Below the pieces are notes generated by a model. That model saw nothing but the letters and a program-made list of their open reading frames with translations, had not been told where the DNA came from and did no database searches. From positions 1-64,000 of the IMG/VR virus record IMGVR_UViG_3300002026_000015: a stretch of DNA of 64,000 nucleotides. One strand, given 5' to 3'. The DNA comes from a virus. Of this stretch, positions 48,174 through 57,993 are shown piece after piece (position 1 is the first letter of the stretch; every line of letters begins with the position of its first letter). The position numbers and the translations under genes are program-made.

Positions 48174-48512
48174 ATGATTAGAAAAATGGGAAACTTTGTG
48201 GAAATAATTCCACAGAATAACATGGGGATTCTTAATGAATCCCTTTCAATTTGTTTGGAAAGTCGTAAGATTACATCTTTCCATTGTCGTGACCCAAGAA
48301 GTTTGAGTCATGATAAAATCATTAAAAGTTTAAAACGGGCTTATGGAAATATCCCGCAGTGTGTTGTACTTGAGATTACTCATGAACCAAGTGATACAAA
48401 CAATAAGACAATGAAGACTATCACTCAGGAAGTTATATACTTCAATCTGTTTGATGCTAATGCTGACGTTGAAAGACTTAAACGCCATTTATACCAAGGA
48501 GAAGAGTTCTAA
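48174..48512 (+). CDS. hypothetical protein
   Basis: GGAGG RBS. Confidence 0.7.
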   Translation: MIRKMGNFVEIIPQNNMGILNESLSICLESRKITSFHCRDPRSLSHDKIIKSLKRAYGNIPQCVVLEITHEPSDTNNKTMKTITQEVIYFNLFDANADVERLKRHLYQGEEF

Positions 48513-48763
48513 TGCTGAAGATGAAGTATATAATGTATGAAAAATCTGAATATTATATATTCCCAGAACTTATAAACCACTCTGATGCAGCTAAAGGCAA
48601 ATGTAGTGGTAAACCAATCTCTGCAGGATTTATTGATTTCAGAACTGAAGGTCGTCAAGTTATTGCGAATTGCTATGGCAACTCTACAACTCTTGACTTG
48701 AAGTCCAGAGGCATGCAAGATTCTATAATAATTACTCAAAATTTAAATGGGAAAATCGGATGA
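48512..48763 (+). CDS. conserved-looking phage hypothetical protein
   Basis: KYI...FP....H...PISAGF...CYG.S.TL...SR..D pattern. Confidence 0.7.
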   Translation: MLKMKYIMYEKSEYYIFPELINHSDAAKGKCSGKPISAGFIDFRTEGRQVIANCYGNSTTLDLKSRGMQDSIIITQNLNGKIG

Positions 48764-49338
48764 ATACTCAACACGTAATAGACTCATTTGGTAAAACACA
48801 TCACGAACAGATTCCAATTTCGTTTAATGTTGACAAGGGTGTTTATCATATAATCAAGTATATGAAGAAAGAATACCCTTTATTCTTAATTCCAATGGCA
48901 TCGTGTGAAGGTGATCCAATAAGTGAAGATGGTTCTTGCGGATCTCTACCATATATCATGATGATTGTGAGAGATCTGAATAAGTTTGATGAATTTGTTA
49001 AAGAAATCTTTGGAAATGATTTCTTCCAAAAACATGTGACTATTGAGTACGATTGCAGCGATATTACCCGAATATTTACAATTCGGTGGAAGACTCCTGA
49101 AACTGAAGGGTTTAATAGAAGAGCTGCAGAATTACTTGACGATGTTGATTTGGAAACTGGGAACCTTATAACCCCTCGTGTTCCAGTTCAAACTAATCCA
49201 TTAGTCGTATTGTCGATGGGATTTGATGATCAAGAAATAAAAGTTCCAAATAAAGACGATTTCACTGTTCAGGAAATTGTTTCGGGATTAAGTAGTGAAC
49301 AGATTCGGGAAAAGTATAGTTCTATACGCATGAGTTAA
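48760..49338 (+). CDS. hypothetical protein
   Basis: 192 aa, VDKG...SCEG motif; terminator 49347-49372. Confidence 0.7.
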   Translation: MNTQHVIDSFGKTHHEQIPISFNVDKGVYHIIKYMKKEYPLFLIPMASCEGDPISEDGSCGSLPYIMMIVRDLNKFDEFVKEIFGNDFFQKHVTIEYDCSDITRIFTIRWKTPETEGFNRRAAELLDDVDLETGNLITPRVPVQTNPLVVLSMGFDDQEIKVPNKDDFTVQEIVSGLSSEQIREKYSSIRMS

Positions 49339-49401
49339 ATAATAGTGTAAGTAGGGAGAAATCCCTACTTATATATTTTCTGTAATAACTCGCTTTTTAT
49401 A

Positions 49402-49500
49402 TCTATATTAAGTGACGATAAAGGATATAGATAAGAGTATTTATAATCCTAATTTAAATTTTTCTATGGTTCAAAGTAACCAGGAACAGGATCTACTATG
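49402..49500 (+). repeat. conserved early promoter/structured leader, copy C
   Basis: TCTATATTAAGTGACGA; hairpin with TAAGAG loop; 49456-49487 identical to 4322-4353. Confidence 0.85.
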
Positions 49501-49884
49501 AGTATCAAGAACAAAATCGCGAACGGAATCATGAACTCAATCCTCGCTTCATTCAAGTTGGATATCGATGCCGATAGTGTTGAAGGACTTGAAATGGAGT
49601 CGATGACCATAACCGGGATTAAAGTTTCCCGTACTTCGGATTTTAATATGCGATCCGGAGCCGAAACCAATGCAGATTACTCAAAGGGACGCAAGTCCAC
49701 AGAGGATGTGAGCGGAAACGGTAAACTTAACGGAGGTGTGAAAATCACCTTCGGGGAATTGAATGTGAAGGGTCTATCGTTCGAAACCGCAGTTACAGGG
49801 AACTGCAATGCTTCTTTCAATGAAAAGACGGATCGTGAAGATCCGAAGCCAGAAGTTACCGACAATGAAGAAGATCTTAAATAG
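49498..49884 (+). CDS. hypothetical protein (single-gene early cassette)
   Basis: 128 aa after leader copy C; terminator 49908-49936. Confidence 0.8.
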   Translation: MSIKNKIANGIMNSILASFKLDIDADSVEGLEMESMTITGIKVSRTSDFNMRSGAETNADYSKGRKSTEDVSGNGKLNGGVKITFGELNVKGLSFETAVTGNCNASFNEKTDREDPKPEVTDNEEDLK

Positions 49885-49935
49885 ATTTTCATCAGCGAAA
49901 AAAGAAAGAGGGTATTAACCCTCTCTCTTTTTTTT

Positions 49936-50607
49936 TCAAACTTTGTACTCTACGTTCTCATAGCATTTCTCATACACATCAAAATCTACAGGATCATGAT
50001 GCATATTTCTACAAAACGAAGTATGCATTCTAACAAACGGTTGCGCATATTGCGATCCCGAATTTCCATACATATTAGATTTTATAGAATTCTCCTGAGC
50101 CTTTTGATTTGACATGTATCGCTCTATAGCATCATCGAATTCAGAATTTGAATAACTTTTCTCAGATTCTTGTTCATCGACAATACCAAGTAACACGTTG
50201 TCAATAAAAGGATTTTCAATATCAAAATCTTTATCAACTCTACCAACCATAGATCTGTATTTTGATTCTACACGATCATAAGCTGTAAACGCTGGTTTAC
50301 AACTCGTAGTATTTTCCTTACTAGGACAGAAGTATTCATTGAAGAAGACAATACTATTCCTTAACCTTACCAAATCAGAATCGGAAACAATTACGTTAAT
50401 ATCTCTATTAAGAATATTTATAACCGCTCTAACAGATGCAATACCTCTAAATGGAGCATGAGCATCTATTTCGTAGATATATCCTCGATGATCAATGTCC
50501 ACGTTTAACACGGTATTGATATCATAAAATCTATCATCTAATTCGTCGATGTCGGGAAGTCTTGTAGATAGAAAATCCTTATAAGGATTAGGATTCATAG
50601 AAGCCAT
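49936..50607 (-). CDS. hypothetical protein
   Basis: 223 aa, last gene of a late operon. Confidence 0.75.
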   Translation of the reverse strand: MASMNPNPYKDFLSTRLPDIDELDDRFYDINTVLNVDIDHRGYIYEIDAHAPFRGIASVRAVINILNRDINVIVSDSDLVRLRNSIVFFNEYFCPSKENTTSCKPAFTAYDRVESKYRSMVGRVDKDFDIENPFIDNVLLGIVDEQESEKSYSNSEFDDAIERYMSNQKAQENSIKSNMYGNSGSQYAQPFVRMHTSFCRNMHHDPVDFDVYEKCYENVEYKV

Positions 50608-50615
50608 AACAAACC

Positions 50616-51224
50616 TTATTTAGAAGTTACAACAAGTTTCTTTGTTTCAGAAGAAATTCCTGCAAGCTTTACGATACGTTCTTTGATGAACGCCTGTTCA
50701 ACTGCAACGTATTTGTAAGGAAGATCGTTTTCTGTAACGATTTTGATAATGTCTGAAACAAGTTTCAAGCCAAAGTATTCGCGAAGATTACCGTTCCATA
50801 CGCTTACAAAGATTGAAGAGTTAAGGAAGGTTTTGTCATCTTCAGAAAGTTCTTCAGATTCTTCTTCAGCATCTTCGCCAGTTTCTTCACCGGTTTCATC
50901 CGAATCAGTTTCTTCAGTAATTGCGGGAGCCGCATCAGTAGATGTAGTTTCAGCAGTAGTTTCACCTTCAGTAGAACCAGTTTCTTCAGTGATTGTAGGA
51001 GCCGCATCAGTAGCTGTGGTTTCAACTGTTGCTGAAACGCCTTCACCGCCGAGAATTGGAGTTGGAGCAGCATCTTCGCCAGTTGTAGAAGTTTCCGCTT
51101 CAAGAGCCTGACCTTCGGTTCCTTCGATTGTTGCAGTTTCAACTACAGGAGCATCAGTACCTTCAACGGTAACAGTTGCAGGGATTGCAGTTCCAGTGTT
51201 TCCAGGTCTTCTTTTTGTAGACAT
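50616..51224 (-). CDS. protein with T/E/A-rich acidic disordered region and internal repeat
   Basis: TDAAP(T/A)ITEET twice; very acidic. Confidence 0.8.
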   Translation of the reverse strand: MSTKRRPGNTGTAIPATVTVEGTDAPVVETATIEGTEGQALEAETSTTGEDAAPTPILGGEGVSATVETTATDAAPTITEETGSTEGETTAETTSTDAAPAITEETDSDETGEETGEDAEEESEELSEDDKTFLNSSIFVSVWNGNLREYFGLKLVSDIIKIVTENDLPYKYVAVEQAFIKERIVKLAGISSETKKLVVTSK

Positions 51225-51250
51225 AATAGCCTCTTTCTGTTTTATCGGGG

Positions 51251-51607
51251 TTAACCAATAAGGTTTTTAATTAATTGAGCAAAATCAGAACTTTCTTCAG
51301 TATTTTCAAACTCAGAAAGAACTTTATCCAAATCTTTAAGACTTTCTTCAGATAGCTTAATGACAGACTTATCTTCGATAGAATGAGTTTCATCATCCTC
51401 AGATGGTCCAAACATTTCAGCTATAGTATTGTCCAAGCTATTATCAGATGTAATTGTTGAAACATTATTATCGCTTGAACTTCCAACGGTAGTTATACCT
51501 CCACCGAAAGGTCCTCCTGCCATAGCAGCCGGAGATGTCGATATATCCAATCCTTCCATAACTTGATCAAAGTTACTAGGATCAAGATCTTCAATACTAA
51601 CTCGCAT
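51251..51607 (-). CDS. acidic hypothetical protein
   Basis: 118 aa operon gene. Confidence 0.7.
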   Translation of the reverse strand: MRVSIEDLDPSNFDQVMEGLDISTSPAAMAGGPFGGGITTVGSSSDNNVSTITSDNSLDNTIAEMFGPSEDDETHSIEDKSVIKLSEESLKDLDKVLSEFENTEESSDFAQLIKNLIG

Positions 51608-51610
51608 ATC

Positions 51611-53014
51611 TTACCCCTTATCGTACTTAATTAAAGATAACTCTCTCGTCGCATACTTAAGAGCAAAAATAACCAGAGGATATGTATAGAATGTCAAATA
51701 TGAATAATCATAATCGTCTGTAAACATGAAATTATCAAGTCTACTTTCAATAACGATTCTCATAATTTTAACAATTATATTCAATCTTCTAGTTTGATCG
51801 GGTTCGTTTAGATACGTAGATATTATATCTATAAACGCATCATTCACATTTGTATAAGTAGGATTTGCCGCATACATGACATCACTACTATAAGTTGTGA
51901 GTTTTTGAACAAAGTTTTCAGGGAATAAACTGAACGTACTACAGTTATTCTGACATTCAATATCATGCTCTATAACAAATCTTCCATGAAGGAGATTTGA
52001 AGTATCTCGACGATTTGAAGTCATATAAGCCATTCTCTGAAATCTGAACAAGAATCTTCTAATATCTCTACGTTCCATTGCTGAAAATATAGATTTATTA
52101 TAATGAACCTTATTTGATTTAAGATGCTCAGTCAGAACGTGGAGGTATTCACTAGCAGAAAATAATTCATTTCTAACTATGAAACTGACAAGATCAATAT
52201 CGTAGATTGACCGACCTTCAGTATAAACACTTCCGATCATGTTTGTATAACTCTCTGAAACACACGCCATTAATTTAGAATGAACGTCTTCTTTCAAAGC
52301 TTTAACATCGCACATGATAGTGTTTAGAGTTCTATGATAGAACTCTAAAGTATACGTTTTGATCAAATCATACATTACAGTTCTAGAACTCTGAATGAAA
52401 CGATATTCATCATCTCTAAGAATAGTTCTAAACTCTGTGCCTACATGATTGTATACAAACGAATAGTCTTCCTTAACATATTGATTAAGCTCACAATTCT
52501 CAGGAATTATGTCTTGTCTCCACATGTTAAACCGGATCTCATAACCTGAATCTTTTTCAATAAGAGTTGGATTAGATTCAGTAATCTGAAATACATGGAA
52601 AACTTTAAATACTTCCATGATAAAATAATCCCCAATATTCGGGATTAAAGTATTAGGAAGAAGTTTAGCAGTTCCCTCGTAAGTAAGATCAGTGAACGCA
52701 TCTTTATCGACACTTGAATCAAGCGGCTCCGTTAACAGAACTAAATCTTTAATTCTTCTAAATCTAGTAGAATTTTGATCAAATTGATTCAATGGAGATG
52801 TGTTTACAAGGTTGCCTTGTCGATTACTAATCATCTGCTCATAGTATACAACCTCAGTTCGTATACCATGAAGCTTCGATAGATTGGTAATCTTAACATC
52901 TCTTTTTTCAATAAGCGCTTCATCGAGCAATCTTTGCTCAACATCCATATTTCTCTTAGGCAGATCTACAGGATTTTGAAAATCCTTTTTAGTTAAAATA
53001 GCCATTTCAACCAC
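51611..53014 (-). CDS. probable virion structural protein
   Basis: LPNTLIPNIGDYF motif recalled from jumbo-phage virion proteins; AACA-TACTAA-TG at 53029-53040. Confidence 0.55.
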   Translation of the reverse strand: MVEMAILTKKDFQNPVDLPKRNMDVEQRLLDEALIEKRDVKITNLSKLHGIRTEVVYYEQMISNRQGNLVNTSPLNQFDQNSTRFRRIKDLVLLTEPLDSSVDKDAFTDLTYEGTAKLLPNTLIPNIGDYFIMEVFKVFHVFQITESNPTLIEKDSGYEIRFNMWRQDIIPENCELNQYVKEDYSFVYNHVGTEFRTILRDDEYRFIQSSRTVMYDLIKTYTLEFYHRTLNTIMCDVKALKEDVHSKLMACVSESYTNMIGSVYTEGRSIYDIDLVSFIVRNELFSASEYLHVLTEHLKSNKVHYNKSIFSAMERRDIRRFLFRFQRMAYMTSNRRDTSNLLHGRFVIEHDIECQNNCSTFSLFPENFVQKLTTYSSDVMYAANPTYTNVNDAFIDIISTYLNEPDQTRRLNIIVKIMRIVIESRLDNFMFTDDYDYSYLTFYTYPLVIFALKYATRELSLIKYDKG

Positions 53015-53133
53015 CTAATTTAGTTTTACATTAGTATGTTTTAGCCGAACATATGTTTTAGTATTTTAAAAACAACTTCTAAATGTATATACTATAGTGG
53101 GAACTAGGACCGAGTTTAATATTGGAGGTTTAT

Positions 53134-55047
53134 ATGATACAAAATCAGGAAGAGTTGTATACAATGCTCATGGAGGCTAAGGATGCCTACTATGAAGGAA
53201 AACCGTTTATGTCGGATATAGATTTTGATGCAATGGAAAATACTCTTAGAAGTATGAATCCTACACATATTTACTTCACTAAAGTTGGAAGTGAGGCAAG
53301 TACCGTAAGTGATACCGTTGTGCACGGAATTCCAATGTTATCTATGAGTAAGTTGAAATTTGGAGATGATATTGAATCATGGTTTATATCAAACAATATC
53401 CCTTCCGATGCAGATATATTATCTGAACCTAAAATCGATGGTATCGCAGGATCTATAGTATACTCTGGGAGTGGTAAACTTATTTACGGCTCAACTCGTG
53501 GCGACGGGAAAAATGGAAAACTTATAAATTTCATAGGCAAAAAAGAAATTGTTAATGTGCCAATGCAATTAGATTTCCGAGGAGATGGCGAATGGTGCAA
53601 GAAATTTGAAGTCAGAGGCGAATTCTATATACCAGTTAAATACGGTGAAACCATTTTCAAAGATATGCCTTTGAGAAACGTTGCCGCAGGGATAATAAAA
53701 TCCGGCGAAAACACTGAGTATCTAAAATTCATGCCATATCAAGCTATAGTTGATGACAAACCATTTATGGATGGTGAAAATTATGGCGAAGAGATATTTG
53801 ATTTTGATATGTTGGAAAGACTGTTGGAATTTGAAGTCGTGGATCATCTACTCATTGGTAAAGATGATATCGAAGATGTGATGCGAAATTATATCGAAAA
53901 AGGTAGAGATTTATTCGAGTATGAAACCGATGGGATGGTTTTTATTGTAAATGATAAGAAACTTCAAGAAAAGATTGATTCTAGAAAGAAAGTTTCAGCT
54001 TATCACCATTACAATATCGCAATTAAACCGCCAGCGAGAACTGCGGAAACGAAATTGAATACTATTGAAATCAGTATTGGAAAGTCTGGAAGAATTATTC
54101 CTACAGGAATTGTATATCCTGTCGTAATTGCAAATATCGAAATCTCAAGAGCAACGTTGAACAATGTCGCTCATATGGAAGAATTTGGCGATGTATTTTA
54201 CAAAAATGCATCAGTTGTAATTAAACGTGCAAATGATGTAATTCCAAAAATTGTAGAAATTTCAGATGATGGGGATAGGACTCAGCCTATACTAATTCCA
54301 ACGGAGTGTCCATCTTGTGGAACTAAACTTATAAGAGAAGGTAGAAATTTATTCTGCACAAATAAATTAAGTTGTCCTGGAATTGCAATAGCTAGAATTT
54401 GCCATTGGATTGAAACTATGGATATCAAAGATGTTGGTTTCAAAGCAATTGAAGCGGCGTACAATCTTGGAATTATCCGAAGCATCGTAGATCTCTATAG
54501 ACCAGGACTTGAAGAAAAATTGTATCTTATCGATGGATTTGCTGATGGTAAAGTCGGAATCTTTATGAATGCAATTAATCTGTCAAAGGTTAATGTTTCA
54601 GATGTCGATATCATAAAAGGTATTGGTCTTACTGGGATCGGACGTCGTGTTCTTGAGAATTACAATCTAACTTCAATTGATACTCTCAAAGATGATCTTC
54701 AGCATCAGCAGAAGTATTCAGTTTGTAGAGTTCTATTGGAATGGTTGAATGAGGGTGATAACTATAATCTACTTAAAGAACTTAAAGTGATTATGGGATC
54801 TAAATCATCTAGCGTAAATAAGAATGGTAAGATTGTTGTAATGACTGGTACATTTGATATAGGTCGCAAAGATCTAATTAAAGAACTAGAATCTCGCGGA
54901 TACACCGTTTCAGACAGTGTAACCAAAAGTACAACAATATTACTTGCAGGTGTTGACGGTGAATCAAATACGAAGTTTAAGAAAGCTTTGGAATTTGGTA
55001 TAAGAATTGAAACAAATTTAGAAAACTTCTTAAAAGGAGATCATTAA
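53134..55047 (+). CDS. ligA: NAD+-dependent DNA ligase
   Basis: YY...SD.DFD, PMLS, KIDG, TRGDG, EVRGE, DGMV, ATLNN, CPSC..C..C zinc finger, BRCT. Confidence 0.96.
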   Translation: MIQNQEELYTMLMEAKDAYYEGKPFMSDIDFDAMENTLRSMNPTHIYFTKVGSEASTVSDTVVHGIPMLSMSKLKFGDDIESWFISNNIPSDADILSEPKIDGIAGSIVYSGSGKLIYGSTRGDGKNGKLINFIGKKEIVNVPMQLDFRGDGEWCKKFEVRGEFYIPVKYGETIFKDMPLRNVAAGIIKSGENTEYLKFMPYQAIVDDKPFMDGENYGEEIFDFDMLERLLEFEVVDHLLIGKDDIEDVMRNYIEKGRDLFEYETDGMVFIVNDKKLQEKIDSRKKVSAYHHYNIAIKPPARTAETKLNTIEISIGKSGRIIPTGIVYPVVIANIEISRATLNNVAHMEEFGDVFYKNASVVIKRANDVIPKIVEISDDGDRTQPILIPTECPSCGTKLIREGRNLFCTNKLSCPGIAIARICHWIETMDIKDVGFKAIEAAYNLGIIRSIVDLYRPGLEEKLYLIDGFADGKVGIFMNAINLSKVNVSDVDIIKGIGLTGIGRRVLENYNLTSIDTLKDDLQHQQKYSVCRVLLEWLNEGDNYNLLKELKVIMGSKSSSVNKNGKIVVMTGTFDIGRKDLIKELESRGYTVSDSVTKSTTILLAGVDGESNTKFKKALEFGIRIETNLENFLKGDH

Positions 55048-55048
55048 A

Positions 55049-55483
55049 ATGGTTAGTGAAAGATTTCAAAAAGGCTTTAATAAACGTCCAAATCCAACAA
55101 GAGAGGATATCTCACACAGATATCCTAATAAAGACGATGCGTGGAAATTTGAAAAACGCCCTCGGAAACATAGTTCACATCATGATCTTGAAAAAGACAT
55201 GTCGTATATAAAACTTCCGAGAGATCAACGTCTTCAAATTCTTGAAACTGAAGGATTTGATAAGCGTGCTAAGTATGATCCCTGTTCGAGAATTCGAGCA
55301 ATTTATTATCGTAACAATAAGTTTGACATTGGTTTCTTAAAAGATCATTGTCCTATTGTACGATTGGCTGGACATACTCTACATGAGGCAGTTCATAATG
55401 AAGGGTTTTATGACAATGATCCTGAAGTTAAAAACTTGTTCAAGAAAATGAGAAAACGTAATGAATCCAGAAATCAAAATTAA
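55049..55483 (+). CDS. basic hypothetical protein with short D...VR repeats
   Basis: DPCSRIR, DHCPIVR, DNDPEVK; AGGAG RBS. Confidence 0.7.
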   Translation: MVSERFQKGFNKRPNPTREDISHRYPNKDDAWKFEKRPRKHSSHHDLEKDMSYIKLPRDQRLQILETEGFDKRAKYDPCSRIRAIYYRNNKFDIGFLKDHCPIVRLAGHTLHEAVHNEGFYDNDPEVKNLFKKMRKRNESRNQN

Positions 55484-55910
55484 AACTCCGGATCTTGCGA
55501 AACTTGATTGTACAATTTTCGAACTATTTGACAAACTTGTTGAGCATCGTATAGATTTCACGGTAAATGAATTAAACGAAGATCTCTCTATAAAACGTGT
55601 GGTTATGAATGCACTTGAACAATTTGCATTAATAACTCCAGGTCCAGAGAAAGAACCGATGTTTTTCAGTATCGTGTTTTATGATAACGATGATATCAAT
55701 AAACCGATAGTACTGAAGTTTAAGTACTTTGAAGATGTAGTGGTCAATTTCTGTAAATATGGGTATCCTTCGAAAAGACGACATAATTTCTCAACGATAA
55801 TTGATATTCCTTCCAAAGAGTTTATCAAAAATCGTATCGACAATTCTTTCATTGTTGATAAATTTTATGTATGGTTTATTTGGATGAGACGTCATATTAC
55901 GTATAGATGA
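55461..55910 (+). CDS. hypothetical protein
   Basis: 149 aa operon gene. Confidence 0.7.
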   Translation: MNPEIKIKTPDLAKLDCTIFELFDKLVEHRIDFTVNELNEDLSIKRVVMNALEQFALITPGPEKEPMFFSIVFYDNDDINKPIVLKFKYFEDVVVNFCKYGYPSKRRHNFSTIIDIPSKEFIKNRIDNSFIVDKFYVWFIWMRRHITYR

Positions 55911-55980
55911 TAAATTCTTACTTTATTATTACACGTAAAACAATCTATTGTATTAATTTAAACCTTATTTAGGAGAGAAT

Positions 55981-57411
55981 ATGAGCAACGAAACTAAAGA
56001 AGAAGTTATCGTTCAGGAAACTGCTGAAATCGAAACTGCAACTTCTTCTGATGAAGCTGTTGAAGAAACTGTCGTGGTTGAAGGTGAAGATGCTGAAGAT
56101 CTCGATAAAATCGAATATGATGAAAACGGCGACGTTGTCGATGACGGTAAAGTTGTTGAAGCCATAGAGTATAATAATCTTTCTCTCGAAGATGATGGGA
56201 TTCTCGGAGTTCCAACGTTTACAGCTAAAGAACTCCATGTCATCAAAAACAATTTGAATTTGGATCCAAGTTTCCTTACGATGCATGCAAATATCATGGG
56301 AGACATTCGCCAGAATCTCAAAGATGTTGAAAGTGATGCGGAAGATCGCGATGAACAGCTTCGTAAACTGATGAACGTATACAATTCTTCACGAAACATT
56401 CTCGTTGAAATGAAGAAAAGTTACGATGAATATATCGAATACGTTAAAGAGAATCAGGAAGAGATTCTCAAATACGTAAACGATGATATCTCAAAGGTTA
56501 TCAAAGAGTACGTTGACACTCTTGCTGAAGAAGTTGGAATTGAATATGTAGAGGGAACTCTCATGTCATTCCTTATCGCAGCAAATATCAAACGTCGTGT
56601 TGCATCTAATTGCGAAGATGATAATATTGCAAATATTCTCGCTACAGGTAAGAAAACTTACGAAGATGAAGTTCTTAAACTTGTAAACACGATGACATTC
56701 TTTGTGTCAAATAACCGTGATTCTCGTGATGTTAACGAACCTTCATTCGAAGAACGTGAAGTTACAAGAGTTGCAACCCGTGTAATTCGTACAATGAAAG
56801 CTATTGAGATCAAACGACTTAAGAGTGAATACGATGATCTTCGTGGAGATCTTCTTCTCACAAATCATGTTGTTAATCTTAATGAACTCGTTGGTCGTAA
56901 AGCTGTACACAAATTCCTTGGAATTCGTGCAGAGCAGAAGAAAAAGAATAAACGTGCAAAACAGGATTTGCATCTTGATCACAAATATCTGAAAGATCGT
57001 TTCAATGCAACGGTTGTAGAACTTATCATGAAAGATTGGTTCTCTCTCACTATGTATAACGATACTGCGGTTATGCGCGATCGTGATGAGTTCCTTAAAC
57101 GTTTCTCGGATAAGAACTCTTATGATGCTCGTGAAGTACTTATCGCGACAATCAACAGTTATTCTTACCTGTTCCTGTTTGATGAGCTTACCAGACTTGT
57201 ATCTAAAACTTCCGAAGTTATCGGCAGACATATCAACGTTGGCGAAAAGCATATGCTTAGAAGTTACCTTCTTTTCGTAGCTCTTCCAAAATGGTCTGAT
57301 AAAGATGCTGAAAATCTTTACGATATCGACGTTCGTTATAACGAATATGTTGAAATTGTCGGAACGAAAGTTCATGATAAGTTGCTCAAAAAGCAAATGA
57401 TTATCGAATAA
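55981..57411 (+). CDS. hypothetical protein with acidic N-terminus, likely highly expressed
   Basis: 476 aa, AGGAG RBS, AACA-ATCTAT-TG at 55939-55950; terminator 57424-57454. Confidence 0.8.
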   Translation: MSNETKEEVIVQETAEIETATSSDEAVEETVVVEGEDAEDLDKIEYDENGDVVDDGKVVEAIEYNNLSLEDDGILGVPTFTAKELHVIKNNLNLDPSFLTMHANIMGDIRQNLKDVESDAEDRDEQLRKLMNVYNSSRNILVEMKKSYDEYIEYVKENQEEILKYVNDDISKVIKEYVDTLAEEVGIEYVEGTLMSFLIAANIKRRVASNCEDDNIANILATGKKTYEDEVLKLVNTMTFFVSNNRDSRDVNEPSFEEREVTRVATRVIRTMKAIEIKRLKSEYDDLRGDLLLTNHVVNLNELVGRKAVHKFLGIRAEQKKKNKRAKQDLHLDHKYLKDRFNATVVELIMKDWFSLTMYNDTAVMRDRDEFLKRFSDKNSYDAREVLIATINSYSYLFLFDELTRLVSKTSEVIGRHINVGEKHMLRSYLLFVALPKWSDKDAENLYDIDVRYNEYVEIVGTKVHDKLLKKQMIIE

Positions 57412-57473
57412 GATCAGAATATTAGAGTAGGGGTAATCCCTACTCTATTTTTTTGATAAATAAGGAGATTTAT

Positions 57474-57962
57474 ATGATAACTGTAACGCCTACGCAAAAA
57501 GAATTATTCAAAGGATTTTGTAACAAGAAGTTTGACGGTAAGGTTGAATTCATAATCGTGACGATGTTGAACAAAAAACCTGACCTATTGGAAACTCTTA
57601 TCACAAATAATATGTCATTCAACTATCTTGGAGACAATGACAGTATAGTTGAAGTAGTTCCATTTGGATGGCAAACTAATGGAAACTACCGTAATAAAGA
57701 AAACATGTACAGTAATACGTACATCAAATGTATCAACATCGGACTTGTCCTTGAAGATGATATTACTGACGTTAATGGGGTTATGCGTAATCTGAAAAAC
57801 AAACTTGGCGAATTATACTATAAAGAGAAGATTCGTCTTGTAATTGGTGATACAGTTCATGTAAACGAAACTGAAATCGAGAATCATCCTATCTTCAAAA
57901 AACTTCCTGAAGGTTATATCGTCGATATTACTTTCAAATACTTCAGAGAATTATTCAGATAA
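57474..57962 (+). CDS. hypothetical protein
   Basis: AAGGAG RBS before ATG 57474. Confidence 0.7.
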   Translation: MITVTPTQKELFKGFCNKKFDGKVEFIIVTMLNKKPDLLETLITNNMSFNYLGDNDSIVEVVPFGWQTNGNYRNKENMYSNTYIKCINIGLVLEDDITDVNGVMRNLKNKLGELYYKEKIRLVIGDTVHVNETEIENHPIFKKLPEGYIVDITFKYFRELFR

Positions 57963-57967
57963 TAGAT

Positions 57968-57993
57968 ATACTGCGGGAATTCCCGCAGTATAT
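57968..57993. terminator. bidirectional terminator
   Basis: ATACTGCGGGA-at-TCCCGCAGTAT between convergent genes. Confidence 0.7.
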
